From the NCBI GenBank assembly GCA_903813345.2, contig CAIIXF020000001.1, positions 1,860,001-1,924,000 of the forward strand: a DNA stretch of 64,000 nt, written 5' to 3'. Below, one piece after another: positions 26,701 to 39,214 of this stretch. The position numbers were made by a program, and so were the translations under genes. This DNA is from Owenia fusiformis. Lineage: Eukaryota. The notes beneath the pieces were generated by a model, which searched no databases, had not been told where the DNA came from, and saw only the letters and a program-made list of their open reading frames with translations. Position 1 is the first letter of the stretch. The number at the start of each line of letters is the position of its first letter.

Positions 26701-29700
26701 CATGTCAGCCACCTACTCTGGTCACTTAGCAACAAGAGACTCGGTGACATCACATCACTGTATCTCAAATCAAAATGGCTGCAACAATGTTCCACAGACA
26801 TCACCTGATATGAGAGAACCAATCACATCAAGGACACTATCTCCATCTATTGACAATCTTACAGCATCTCCAAACCCGTCAGTTGAGGAAATCAGTAATC
26901 CAAGTAGTCCAGAGTCAATGATAAGTGACAATAGTGATGTTTATAACATGGGTAAATCAATAGCTAAAGATGGAGCCTCTAAAGCTGTCAAGCCAAAAAA
27001 CTCATACATTGGACTCATCATTGAAGCAATCTTAAGTAAGCCAGATAAGCGTATGATCTTGGGTGAGATCTATCAATATATCCAGGACAATTTTGAACAG
27101 TACAATAATGGAGAGCGGGGATGGAGGAATAGTGTCCGATACAATCTATCTCTGAATGGATGCTTTGTCAAGTCAGGAAGAGCTAACATTGGAAAGGGAA
27201 ACTATTGGTCGATCCACCCTGAGTGTATTGAGGACTTCTCTAAGGGGGATTACAGTAGACGAAGTATCAGACATCGTACCAAGCGTGGCGAAAAGGGACT
27301 TAAGTCACATCAGTCAAAGTCACCTTCCTTTTCCCACCAGTATCATCCCAAGCCTGCAGGAAGCAACCGTCCTCCAAAAGCAAACTCCAAACAGATGTCC
27401 CCAATTTCTCATATGCCTCCACAGTCTCAGTTCCAAGAATCTTCAAGGAGTTATATTTATCAACCACCAGTGACAACTGCTTTTGGGTCGCAGTTCAACA
27501 TAACTAATTCTCTGAAAACCACTTACAGTTCACAACCAAGAGTTAACATTAGTTATGAGCCTCAGATCACATTGGAGAGGAGTACTGACCTGTATAGAGC
27601 ACCCTTTGATAATTTATATAGCAACAGTGGTTTCCATAGTAACCTGGCTGATGTAAGCTACTCTGTTAACAGCCAAGGCTATACATGCTTGTAAACTAAA
27701 GCGGACAATTAAAACTATATGCATACTTTGCCAACAAAGAGAGCCAATCAAAGGTTTTTTAATTTCAAATACTAGGTTGTGATAATCTTTCAAGAGATCT
27801 TGATAGCTACGTTTGCCTGTATAACTGTGTCTTTACTTAAAAATAAAATCTAAAAAATTACTTTATCTTTTGTTTTCATATTTTTGTTTTTTAACAAACA
27901 TGTGGTATTGTTATTGTCACCATTTTTGTTGCTGACATTCAGTGTCTGTAACAAATGATTACATTTATGTAACAGGGGTGTAGTTTTATTTTTATAATGC
28001 CTTTTCAGTTTTTGGGTGGAATGTCTGTCGAGTGTTGTCCAACTAATTTTTTTATGTAACTTGAATGGCGGCATTTGTGCCTTTTCATGTTATCAAATGT
28101 GTGCATTTTGATAGTTAAAGGCCATTCTTTCTGAAAAACAAACTGATACATTCTCATAATATATGCATGTACCAGTATAAGTGCTCTAAAAGATTTCATA
28201 ACCTGGACAGAGTTTCTGATAGGGAAGTGCTATAGCACCATTCTCATTTCAGAAATCAAAATCGATGCAGCCGAAAGATTTTGATGAGGAGGTCGCAAAT
28301 AGTGCAGAAAAAGTCCAGAAACGTGTGAGAAGAAGGAATAACCTGGCCAATAAGCGCAAAGGTGGACTGCTAGGCAAGATTTTGGTGGAGGAAACGCAGC
28401 CTGAAACACCTGTAAGCTAATTTGCAAATTATAGGCAGAATATGCATTTTATATCAAATAGAACCTTTGTTTGAAGGATTAAACTTAAATTACATTTTCT
28501 TTTAAAATTAAACTCTATGGAAGAGCCATCCTAGCAATGCCCTTGGCTTTCTCCTAAATTAATTTGTCCTGTTCTTATCATACTTGTTTTAATAATGCTG
28601 TTATTGAAGCTGTGTACTGTTAACTACTGGTTTCCCTGAGCTACTCATTTCCCCAAAGGGTGAGCATTTAAACTATGCTATAAGGCAGGTGATGGACTTT
28701 TTCAACTTGGACAATTTTACCCAATTAGCATTCCCTTATGTTTTTTTTTTTTTATAATCTGTTTTATTTCATTATATACAAGTACAAATAGTTTCTGATA
28801 TAAGTGACCAATCGCTATGAAAGGATAGCATTATAGGTTCACTTTAAATATAAAAAGAACATTGAGTATGTGAAAAAGATGTATTTTTCTGACAAAGGGG
28901 TTTGCTGGTCTTTGCTGGGCAATGGTGCTGGGGCAAGGTGATAAGATGATCTGTTGGAGCATAAGGAGGCCATCTTGAGCATTAAGTGGAATTGTCTGAT
29001 AAAAAATTTGTAACTAGTTTGAAAATCATAATGTTCTGTTCAGTTGAAAGATCAGGATGACCAAATAAAAATGTTTTGATTAGACCATTTTTGTCCATTT
29101 GAAGGTTACCTAATAAGTGGAGGATGATGACATTTAGATTATGAGAGTTCAGGTTGAGACCACAATTGAAAAATATGTGCTTATGTGAATTTTGATTAAA
29201 ATCCCCAAATCACCACCCCTGTCCAAAATGGTGAAGCAGGCCACAAACTCTTTAATGATGCATTTGTTAGTTGTCATAACAACCCAGCTGTTGACATGTC
29301 GTCCTATGTGTTGTCATCAGACTTTTGCACACTCTATATTTGTTTCAAGGATTCACCAGGAGGATCAGGAAAGCGCTTTATGTCCCCCAACATCACCATT
29401 CCTGATACACCCCCAAGTATGAGGGAGAAACTTGCACAATTGAAGCTGGGAAAACTCTCATATGGAAGCACAGGTAGAAATTCTTGATATCAACAAGTCA
29501 ATGGAATTCAAATGAAATTATGTTTTGAATGCATAATTCAGCCAATACATTCCAGAAAACAATCATAATTTAAACGTGTTAAATCTCTTGTGATATTTGC
29601 CCTTAACTTTCAGTTTTGTACAATTTTCTTGGGTTTCCCTTGTCATTGCTAGTTCCATTAGGAGACACAAAAATGTGACCATGAATAATATTTAGGTAAC

Positions 29701-32700
29701 ATTATGAAAAACTTTTATTTCTTGAATAGGATGGTCAAATGATTTACTGATTATTCATTCTTATGTATCATTACCAGTTTAAATTGAATTTTTAAAATTT
29801 GCATTTCTTTATCTCAGTTTTGAAGTCAAAATGGCTTAGTCATGTATGAACTGTTTTAGTGTTGTATTTATCAGATGACATGTCATTGGCTGATACTCCT
29901 GAGGCTTCACCTTTGACCCCCATACAGAGACGTCTCTTCAGTAAGTCCATTTGTTTCAAAAATTGAATGTACATGTATGGTGCATGTTTATTGAACAATT
30001 CACATAAATTCCTTTTCTATAAGTGTTGAAATATGTATTTCAAAATATTTTTAAATTTTCTTCATGAAGGTACTGGCCTAAATGAATATGATGCAAACAA
30101 AAAACATATTCTTTAAAATGAAGGTTCTTCGTGAGGAAAATGGCTGTGTTGCTCACAGTATAAAAGTTTAACTGTACATACTACATATTATAGTGATCTC
30201 TATGTTTCTTTCAGATAACAGTTTAAAAAACAGCAGAGACAACACTCCTTTTAAGAAATCCACTCCAACTGATGCCCTCCCAGGAACTTCTGCTTCAAGT
30301 GCATTAAACTTCCCTATTCAATTCTCTGATAATAGTGAAGAAATAGGTGAATTTAAGGAATCTTTTAACACAACAGACAGTGAAAGCTCTCAAGAGAGAA
30401 TCGCTCAAAAAGTTGATGATATTGTTATGAACTTGGGTAGCTCACCCTTGTCAAAACCCGCTCCGGGTAATTTGCTAGGAACAGATCTTCATAGCACTAG
30501 ATGGAGTTTAGCACAAGGATCAATCAAATCTGAACATCAGGATCATAAAGATGATGCTTCAGATAGTGATGATACAGATATCTTAGAAGTGGAGGAGGAT
30601 ATTTTAGTGAGCCATTATACAAAATCTCCAGATAAAGGAAGTCCTAAGAAACTGAAAGCGAGCCCATATAAAAAAGCAAAAAGTCCAAGTAAACAAGAAA
30701 CTCCAACCAAACCAGAGAAAAGTCCAGGCAAACAAGCCAAAAGCCCTAAGAAAGCTACAAAAAGTCCAGTTGGAAAAAGTCCAAATAAAGATCCCAAAGG
30801 TCCAAGTAAACAATCAGTAAGCCCTAAACAAGCTACAAAAAGTCCCAAAAAGAAAACCCCACAAACTTTAAAGTCAGAACAAAATCCTAAGTCTAGTCCT
30901 AAAATGGTCAAACCAAGGAAACCATCAGGCAAAAGGAAGTTGTTATCTCTGAAAGAGCATGATGAACCAAGGCTTTCATTTATAGTAGAGCCAACCATAT
31001 CATCCAATACACTTCAGACCAAAGAAAAAATACACGAGCCAAAACAGAACAGAAAACCTGGACCAAAATCTAAGACAATCATAGAAAAGAAAGTAGAATC
31101 CAATAAAGAACTTGAAACAGCCTCAGGACACAGCAAAGTTGAGGAAAACACAGGAGAAAAGACATTGCACTCATCTGTGAGTAAAACAAGGAGAAAAAGT
31201 GTGACATTTGCAAATGACTGTAAAACAACAAAAACACCAACCAATAGGAGGAAAAGCATTGCAACCACCAATAGAACTAAAGATGTTGAATCGAAAGAGC
31301 CATCAATGAATAGACTTAATAGTAAAACAGATAATAATAAAACAAAGGAACAGCCTAAGGCTGCTGTTGAACCTGATGTGGCAACCCCAGTTGGTAGACC
31401 TAGAAAAAGGAAAAGTGTTGCTGTTGATGAGATAGTCCCTAATATGGATAAAGACATGACACCAAGTTCAAAGAGAACAAAAGTATCAAATTCAGAACCT
31501 AACAAAACATCTCCCATTGTGTCTGATAAAAAGAAAGTTTCTGTTAATCGTCGACGTAGTGGGCGGTTAGCTGGCCTTGTTCTCCCAAACATTCACGATG
31601 CACCTCTGGCCTCAATCAAGGAAAACTCAACAGAGAAAACTGACCTATTACTCTTATCCCCAGTAAAAGATGCAGTTGGAAAAGAGCCATGTCCGAGTAA
31701 TAATGGTTTCATTGGTTTTGTAAAACCAATTTCTCAGCCATTCAGGTCCCTCAAACAGTTGGATGTATTAAATGACTCAAGTGATCTGTCTTTAGCATAT
31801 TCTCCGAAATCTAAGAAGCTGAATAAGAAAAGTTCAGCTATTCTTGCCAAAAACCCCCTGAATATAAGCACTGATTCTGAACCAGATTCTCCCCGCAAGC
31901 CTCAAAGAATTCGTACATCTAGGCCTTGTATCACAAACTTACCATACACAGGGTCACAATCTCATGTAACAGTTCTAACACGTCCTCGAAGAAGTACAGA
32001 TGAATTCCGGCCTACTCAGTCATACAGTGCCTCACAAAATCAAAGAAAATATAAGTCGTCAAGTTCAGGAAGTGAAAGTGACGGTGATGGGGGACGCCAC
32101 AGAAGGAAAGTTGCGATTGTTGGACCATGTCCTGGTAACTTGGTAATGACCAGTTTACATTCTGAGTAAGTACAACTTATTTTTCTGTTGACTCCTTCAA
32201 CTCAAACCCTTTAAACCCATTTGTTTATTTTAGAATTGTCTCTTATTTTGCATTGTATTGTATTGTATTACAATGTACTGTATTGTATTGTATTGTGATG
32301 TGACATCAGTTGCCATATTGCATAATCTACAACAATACGACTTTACATAAATCCAAAGTTTTTGAAAATTGAGTGCCAGGACTTTCTCTTTAAATTAATC
32401 CTCATTTATAAAAGGAAAAGGTTATGTACCATAATGAAGTCCATATAGGTATTTATAAGTTATTCAAAATGCGCACTTTTTCAGTGAACAAGGCATTGTT
32501 ACATCAGTAGTGAAGAAACTTGGAGTGTTTCATATCACAGATGCAGTGGGCCCTGGGACATCTCATGTTGTGTGTGGTGGGCCCAGAAGGACCTTAAATG
32601 TACTGAAGGGGATAGCAAGGGGCTGTTGGCTGGTATCTAAGGAATGGGTATGTGTGAAAATATCTAACCTACTCAAATGATTTAATTCTGATAACAGTAA

Positions 32701-35176
32701 AACCTGTCTAATCTGAACACCTCTGGGACTGGCCAATAGTGTTTGGATTTGCAGGTATTTCATTGGCAATATACATTTTGTTGGCCAATAGTGTTTGCAT
32801 TGGCAGGTGTTTCATTGGCAATATACATTTTGAGTTTTTTTAACATGAAGGTCCATGACAGATTAAAAAATGGAATGAAAAAATGTTCATATTTAAACAT
32901 GTTGAGATTAGAGAGGTATTTTGATATACAAGGTTTACTGTGTACCATATACAATACAAAATTAAATTGTCAAACAATGACCATGACTGAAAACATCATG
33001 TCAAATATGTGAATATATAGATGAAATAGAAGAGATTTTGTTTGTCATGTTTCCAGGTTCTGAAATCTCTGGAGGCAGACAAATGGCTAGATGAAAAGGA
33101 ATTTGAAGTTACAGAATACTTCCCTGTTGCCAAGGTAACATTGATTTGAATAAACAAATTGACTAAAATCATGCAATCCATTGGTTGTGATGTCATTATT
33201 ACACTTTCAGACCAGAAATAGAATTACAGTTTTGCTAATTTTCATAAACTTTAATTTTCTTTAAAAACATCACCTGCAAAGCATGACATCATAAATATAT
33301 TCAGGATTTATTTGAAATATCTTTATATGCACTTTCATTAAAGTAAAAGTGCCTGTACACATGTATAGAGTGATAAACTGTAAAGTGATGAAAACATTTC
33401 TTTTTGCTTCTACATGACTGTGTAGATCTCATTTGTATAAAACATAAGTCTCTATGCATATTGCCTTGAATCTTATCCCTGAAACTTTCAAATTCATTCC
33501 TCTACAGGGCGTCAAATAAGTCTGTTCTCCCCCCTTAACTTTTTTAATTCAGGAATAACATAGCGTTGGTATATATCATCTTAAAGGGAATTTAATTTGC
33601 TGATCACACACCAAATTTCAGAGTGATTGGTTAAATTCCAAATTTTTTAGAGTATTTTTAGTGATGTCCATATTTCACTTTTTTAATAGTCTGTATGTCT
33701 CCCCCAGCAGCTCGGATGGCCTCAATTCTACGAGGATATGATCCTGTACAAATCATTCAGAACGTTTAATTTTAGGTGTTATCAACTATTTTGTGATGAA
33801 AGATGCCCCTGCTTCAAAGGCTCCCCTGAATGTAACACATTTTACTCTGTAATGATATTGAAAAACATCGAAATCACCCAATGTTGGCATTGTCACTGCA
33901 GTATCAACTTTTCACTTTTCATTCACTATAACTGGTAATTTTACTTGTTTTGACGTAATCAAAGGTCAACTACAACCTTACACGAAACACTGTAGGAATT
34001 TTATTAAGAATATTTCATTATTGATTTTTTGAGGGTGATCAGCATTTTCCATGAGCTTCAAAATGATATATGGGAAAGTATGATAAATTTAAAGATAAAA
34101 AAGTTAAAGGGGGAGAACAGACTTATTTGACACCCTGTATAAACATGGAAATTATTAGAAAAATGTGTTTTGTAATACTTGTACATTTGCTTGCAGACAA
34201 GGCGGGAGTTTAGAACAGAGAAACAGGAAAAATTGCCAAGTCTGTTTAATAATCTGGAGACCATTTATGTAGCTGAGAATTCTAGTCCTCCCAAATCACA
34301 CCTCACACAGCTTTTGCAACTATGTGGTGCTGAGGTATGTAGATGATACAACATATTTTATTATCATGTGTTGATTGAAACACTGGCATACTGTGCAAGG
34401 TTTTGTTATCGATGAGACATTAATTTTGTAATTTCAAGTGGTTGACAAGTCCAGAAGAGCATTGGGTTGATTTTTTTGATTTTTTCAATTTGATTAATGT
34501 TAATTCATAATATTCACTATCATCATGAAATGATATATTCGCTAAAATTATATACCAATAAGAATCCCTAAAAGCCATATGAAAAAACTTCTGTTCAAAA
34601 GTTTAAGCTAAAAGAATAATATTTTATAGTTTTATCGTAATGTTTGTATCTTAAAAAATTAAAATTGTTGGATTGAATAATCCAATTTTCAATTTGTGAT
34701 CGGCTGTTTGAAAAAACCTTCATTTTCAGGGTATGAGGTTTGTCAAATTGTAGGTAGTTGCTATTAAATATTTTCTTGTCATATAAAATAACTTTTCTTT
34801 CTTGTCATAGGTAACAATGTGTTTACGCAAGGCTACCCTTTGTGTGGGAACCATGACCAAGAATACTGCAATTACAGTCTCTGAACAATGGGTGCTAGGT
34901 ATGTTAGAATGAAGAAACTATAAATGTACACTCCCATAATAAATTTTCGTGAATAGATCATGAAATGATTAATGTTTCTTCATAAGCCTTTTGTAATATC
35001 ACTTGTACCAGAGTACTAATTAACTGAAGTACACGTAGTCCGTAGACTGGTAAATTATTGACTCTTTATGATTGTTGTATTTTCCAGACTCCATTACTCA
35101 GAATTGTGTCCAGAACATTGAGGATTATGTAATATCTCGACCTGAGCAAGTGCGGGAAGGAAGTCCTGAATTCTGA
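20719..35176 (+). CDS. MCPH1: Microcephalin (BRIT1), three BRCT domains, about 1113 aa, 12 coding exons
   Basis: Phase-consistent GT-AG exons: 20719-20905, 23384-23588, 25394-25487, 28253-28411, 29350-29473, 29875-29940, 30215-32165, 32485-32647, 33057-33134, 34197-34334, 34811-34898, 35088-35176. Diagnostic motifs: LKDVNAYVEVRS...VTHVVFKDG...HLVNVLWVDSC (BRCT1), KSKSMQPKDF, LVMTSLHS...RTLNVLKGIARGCWLVSKEWV (BRCT2), PPKSHLTQLLQLCGA...VSEQWVLDSI (BRCT3). Confidence 0.93.
21889..22056. repeat. About 165-bp near-perfect hairpin at the end of an interspersed repeat (~21340-22056)
   Basis: AAATAGTGACTGCC...GGGAATATCCTCTACAATGTACTATTCCC-loop-GGGAATAGTACATTGTAGAGGATATTCCC...GGCAGTCACTATTT. Confidence 0.75.
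22051..23060 (-). mobile_element. 5'-truncated LINE fragment (CR1/L2-like ORF2 C-terminus) in MCPH1 intron
   Basis: 331-aa ORF with HKHLGLTLDQHLNF, LYNAYILPHFDYCD and CLC...TTLHFLLKCP motifs typical of the post-RT region of non-LTR elements. Confidence 0.85.
23539..25040 (+). repeat. 63-bp tandem repeat (about 24 copies) spanning the MCPH1 exon end and 5' splice site
   Basis: Unit AAAGCTATTAAGAAAGGAATGCATCTTGTGAATGTGCTTTGGGTAGATAG|GTAAGCAAAATAT. Confidence 0.97.
25697..25998 (+). repeat. 34-bp minisatellite (about 8-9 copies)
   Basis: Unit ACAAATGTAATCCCC(T/A)TGTATATACCCCTGTTT(C/T). Confidence 0.9.
26020..26200 (+). promoter_or_regulatory. Putative promoter of the nested FoxQ2-like gene
   Basis: TATAAAA at 26162, initiator-like TCATTC about 30 bp downstream (26191); upstream cluster of TCAAACA/TGTTTG motifs. 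Confidence 0.6.
26279..27694 (+). CDS. foxQ2: FoxQ2-like forkhead transcription factor, 2 exons, about 398 aa, nested in MCPH1 intron
   Basis: Exons 26279-26458 and 26678-27694 (phase 0). Forkhead domain KPKNSYIGLIIEAILS...WRNSVRYNLSLNGCFVKSGR...GKGNYWSIHP...EDFSKGDYSRR; the GKGNYWxIHP...DFxKGD.RR tail is typical of FoxQ2. AATAAA at 27842. Confidence 0.85.
33505..34137. mobile_element. Tc1/mariner-type MITE
   Basis: TIR CAGGG(C/T)GTCAAATAAGTCTGTTCTCCCCC, TA TSD. Confidence 0.85.
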
Positions 35177-37741
35177 ACAAGTACATTTTAAAAGAAAGCG
35201 CAGAATTTTGAACAATTGCATGAAGGAAGTTCAGAATTCATACTATCCTTATATGGACAATGAGCAATGCTTGGTCAGACTGCTGGACATTATCAGATTA
35301 TAGAACAATCCACAGATTTCAGGGACATTTTTCAAATGCTCAAACATTTCAGTATTTTAAGCTTGTCAAATAATTATTTTGAGGACTTATCTACGAAAGA
35401 TCCAAAGAAGTAAAGGTATTATCGTGAACACAATCTTATTTATAGTCTATTAATTAAATACGTATGTAGACATGTAGTACTGTAATTTATTCAGTTAACT
35501 AAATGACTCTGGCATAATACTTTACATTTTGTATTCATTCTGAATTTTATCCAATTTTTTCAGTGACTAGGCATGCAAAACAACTTCAGATTAATCATTA
35601 TTTACAATTATTTATAAATTTATTTATCTATAGCTGTATCAATGCATCTGTATACATTGTAATGAGCCATGAAAGCAAACCCATGCACACTAATGCCATC
35701 TGGCTTGCAGTGCAAATGAAATGATGTTTCAACGAAAGCTATGCCTGAATATTGGATTTACCGTCTCCTTTAAAAATGATCAAAACATTAAATCAAGAAA
35801 TAATTAATAAGCCTGGTCATTTTGGCAGTATTATGAACCATGTATTTTAGTACAAATTTCATGAACAGGTATGTTGATTTCCCCTCTTTAATTCATGTAC
35901 TTGGGCATATTAGACAAAAATTTTCAAATTACCTGGCAGTTAGTTTTCCCAGGGACAACTTCACTACCTGTCTATTGGTACATACTGACAATTGGCCACA
36001 ATCATAATTAATTATTTACATTGTGGGGGGTGACAATGTTCAGTTACATTTTAAGTGTATGGTATTTGTAAAAATAATTGTTTCGTGATATTGAATTATT
36101 GACTTGGGTCCTATATCATTATTATTAGTTGTACTGATATTAGGGAGAAGCTCAAAAATTTAAAAACACAAGTGTGCATTATAATGGGATGCAAAATATA
36201 CAGAATAAATTATTATTAAACATAAATTGACACTGGAACAAAAACAAAATGAAATTTTGGCCATACATTGAATTTGTTAGAAATTGTTTAAAAGAGTTGT
36301 AGTATTTGAAAATGAGTCACCATCATGAAAATTACAAAACAATTATTGTAAGATCTTTAAGATGCATGTCTGTATGTACTGTAACATAGTGAATTAATAA
36401 TGTTATGGAATGAAGCATTTGTCTATTAAGGTTCAATAATTAAGAAATATAGACGTCAGAGCAGGTGTTATATCGAATAATAGAGACCTTAGGGCTAGGC
36501 ACAAAAGCCCTGTGAATTGTATTCGTCAATATACCACCTGCACTGAGGCCTATATTACGATTCGAACATGAAAACTCACCAAAATGTTTCGAATATTCAT
36601 TATGGTCCGGCATTACTATGGCATGCCGTTATGATGCCACACATTGCTCATATTAGCAGGGGTTTTGTTTGCGAATATATCCCGGGTGAAATATTGATTT
36701 TGTTCAAAGTTTACAAGAGGCGTGAATACAGTCATGTTCCAATTGGAATTAAAACTATGCAAAATCTAGTTTTTTACAGAGAATATTAAATGCTTTGTTT
36801 TTATTATTATATGGTATGGCGAAGAACTCCCAAGAAATGGCTCATTTTATTTGGCCTTATTCTGAAATTGATTGGAATTGTCAGAGTGCCTTATTTAAGA
36901 ATTTTCACTCAACTGCTCAAATTTTCTTGGGCTTTCTACTATTACGAAATATATATTGAAATCTGATTTTAAAACTTAAACATGTATATATTGCAATATG
37001 AAATATTGATTAATTGACCAACTATATTTATTTTAATAGAATTTGAAGTTTTTTACTGTTATACAGTAGATTGAATATAATACATTAATAAAAATGTATA
37101 ATTTTACACTTCACAAATCTTTGATATTTTATAAATATTACATCTTCTGATCCCAGGGCTCCAGCCATCGTCTACTATGTTCCTTCTTTCTTCCGAGAAG
37201 GAGGTATTAGTTCTGGACGCTTGTGTTCGGAGAAAAATCTTTGAGTAGGTTTTGTTTCTCAGCAAATTAATTTCATCTCTGCAATTACTTAAAAATTCAA
37301 TAGTAAGAATCAGACAGAAGATTTGGACAAAGAACAGCAATTAAAGGTAAAAGACTAGTGATGAGTCATCGGTAGAAACTTCCAAACATTATCACAATTT
37401 TACAATACAATATTACTTGCTGCCATCATTCCATATTATCCCTATTTTCTAGTCCAACATTTCAGTGGTTTTTCTTCGAGATATTCCCTTGCTCAGTAAC
37501 TTGTACAATATCATTGAGTCGTGAGAAATGTCGTAACTTTTTAGAACTTGCTTTAATTGCATTGATATTTTTACCAAACCTACATGGTATGCTGCATTCC
37601 CATGTAGTTTGATAAGTTAACTCTACCATATAGTGATTAAAGAGATTTCTTTGTGACGTCATGACCAGTACCCTGGAGCAGTTATAAATGTAAAAAAAAC
37701 TTCATTTCAAAATTTTACTTCGTATTTTTCAAGTCCCCTAT

Positions 37742-38044
37742 ACCTTGATGGCTGTATTGAATATGTAAGTTCAGTTATTGTGAATATACCATCCTTAGAA
37801 TTCATATCTTCTATCAGTTTGATGTTTGCTGGGATCACAATATCAGGTTTGCGATCAGATCTGGGAACATCAAATATGGTGTGGCTTCCATTATTTCAAA
37901 AGGCAGAATTCCACTTGTACACAGTGTGTATCTTCACATTTTCTTCTCCATACATCTCCTGTAGGCCCTTTAGGTTTCTAATACTGGTATTCCCTTGATA
38001 GCAATGTATTGTATAATGGTGAAATAGAGTTCTTCAGGATTCAT
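37742..38044 (-). pseudogene. Degenerate mariner transposase N-terminal (HTH) fragment
   Basis: Manual translation across a frameshift and stop: MNPEELYFTIIQYIAIKG...LQEMYGEENVKIHTVYKWNSAF*NNGSHTIFDVPRSDRKP...NIKLIEDM...FTITEL, resembling the mariner YG...VY.W...F..G...D.PRSGR pattern. Confidence 0.65.
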
Positions 38045-38381
38045 GCTTATTTCAACCTACTCTAGGTATCTATTGGAATAAATTAATGAGTATGTTCATT
38101 CAATACTCTGGGGATATATATACATGTACCAAGTTTTGTTGCAATTGACCTTTTTCCATATAAATGGAAAATAGATGGCATCATGGGTATTGGTAGGGCT
38201 AGGGTAGGGCTAGAATACATGTAAATGTATTACCAGAGTCACTTAATTTCTTGAATTAAGAAGTAATTCCATTTGGATCAACTTAAAACATCATTGGAAT
38301 GTAACTATATGATCTTATAGACATGTGGATTGTGATTTCACATTAAAATTGTGATCCTTGTAAGAGTAAATGAACCTTTAA

Positions 38382-39214
38382 AGTCCCCGTCTAAAGTTTG
38401 AAAATATTTTTTTATCATTCATTTACTATTTGTCAGGACTTAAAAAGTTATTTTAGAGATTTTTGAACAAAAAAAATCTTTTGAAAAAAAAGTTGTGAGC
38501 ATTTCATTTCTCATATATTCAAATTTCCCGCCATTTTTTAAAAAAAGTTGAAATTTCTTAATCATCAAATATTTCTTATTGCATTTCAAAAAAGATTATC
38601 TTTTTAATACCAATGCAAAGATTGAACAAAAGACACACTATTTCAATAATAAAATGTCATATTTAAAGGGCCACTTCAATGTTTTAGCTTATCAAAAATA
38701 TTTTGAAACATTAGTGATGTCACTAAGGTAACAAAAACTTTTTGAAAAAAATTGAATTTTTTGTTTCGATGTCAATCTTTTCTAAATATGCTAGACTTTC
38801 ATAAAAAACCAATGTTGATTGTCTAACCACGTTAAAAGGAAGAATAAATTATGTTTTAGATATCATTGTACCATTGGTTTCTATGAGAACTAAAATTTTG
38901 AAATGCATTTTTCTCAGAATCATTTTCATGCACTGATAAGTTCATTTCTCGCTTGTTTATCAACGGATTTTCTTAATTTTTTCGGCAAAAAACATGGGAG
39001 GATGAATGCTATGCATTGATATGAATTGTGGCTAATTAGAAGATATGAGTGACCTCTAAAAGTTGGTTTTAAATAAATTCACAAATTTTGGAACAAAAAG
39101 TCTATCAAAAACCACTTTTTGAAATTTAAAAAAAAAGTTTCACATATCACACTTTGATAACATTGGGGAAGACTACAATATAAGCCAAAGTGGTTTAAAC
39201 TTTACATGGGGCCT
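38382..39214. mobile_element. TTAA-flanked non-autonomous element (Kolobok-like), copy 1
   Basis: TTAA|AGTCCCC...AAAGTTT and AAACTTT...GGGGCCT|TTAA; direct second copy at 48814-49619. Confidence 0.7.

Noticed and set aside
30604-31592. Hydrophobic minus-strand ORFs (130 and 192 aa)
   Set aside because: Antisense shadows of the Lys-rich MCPH1 exon.
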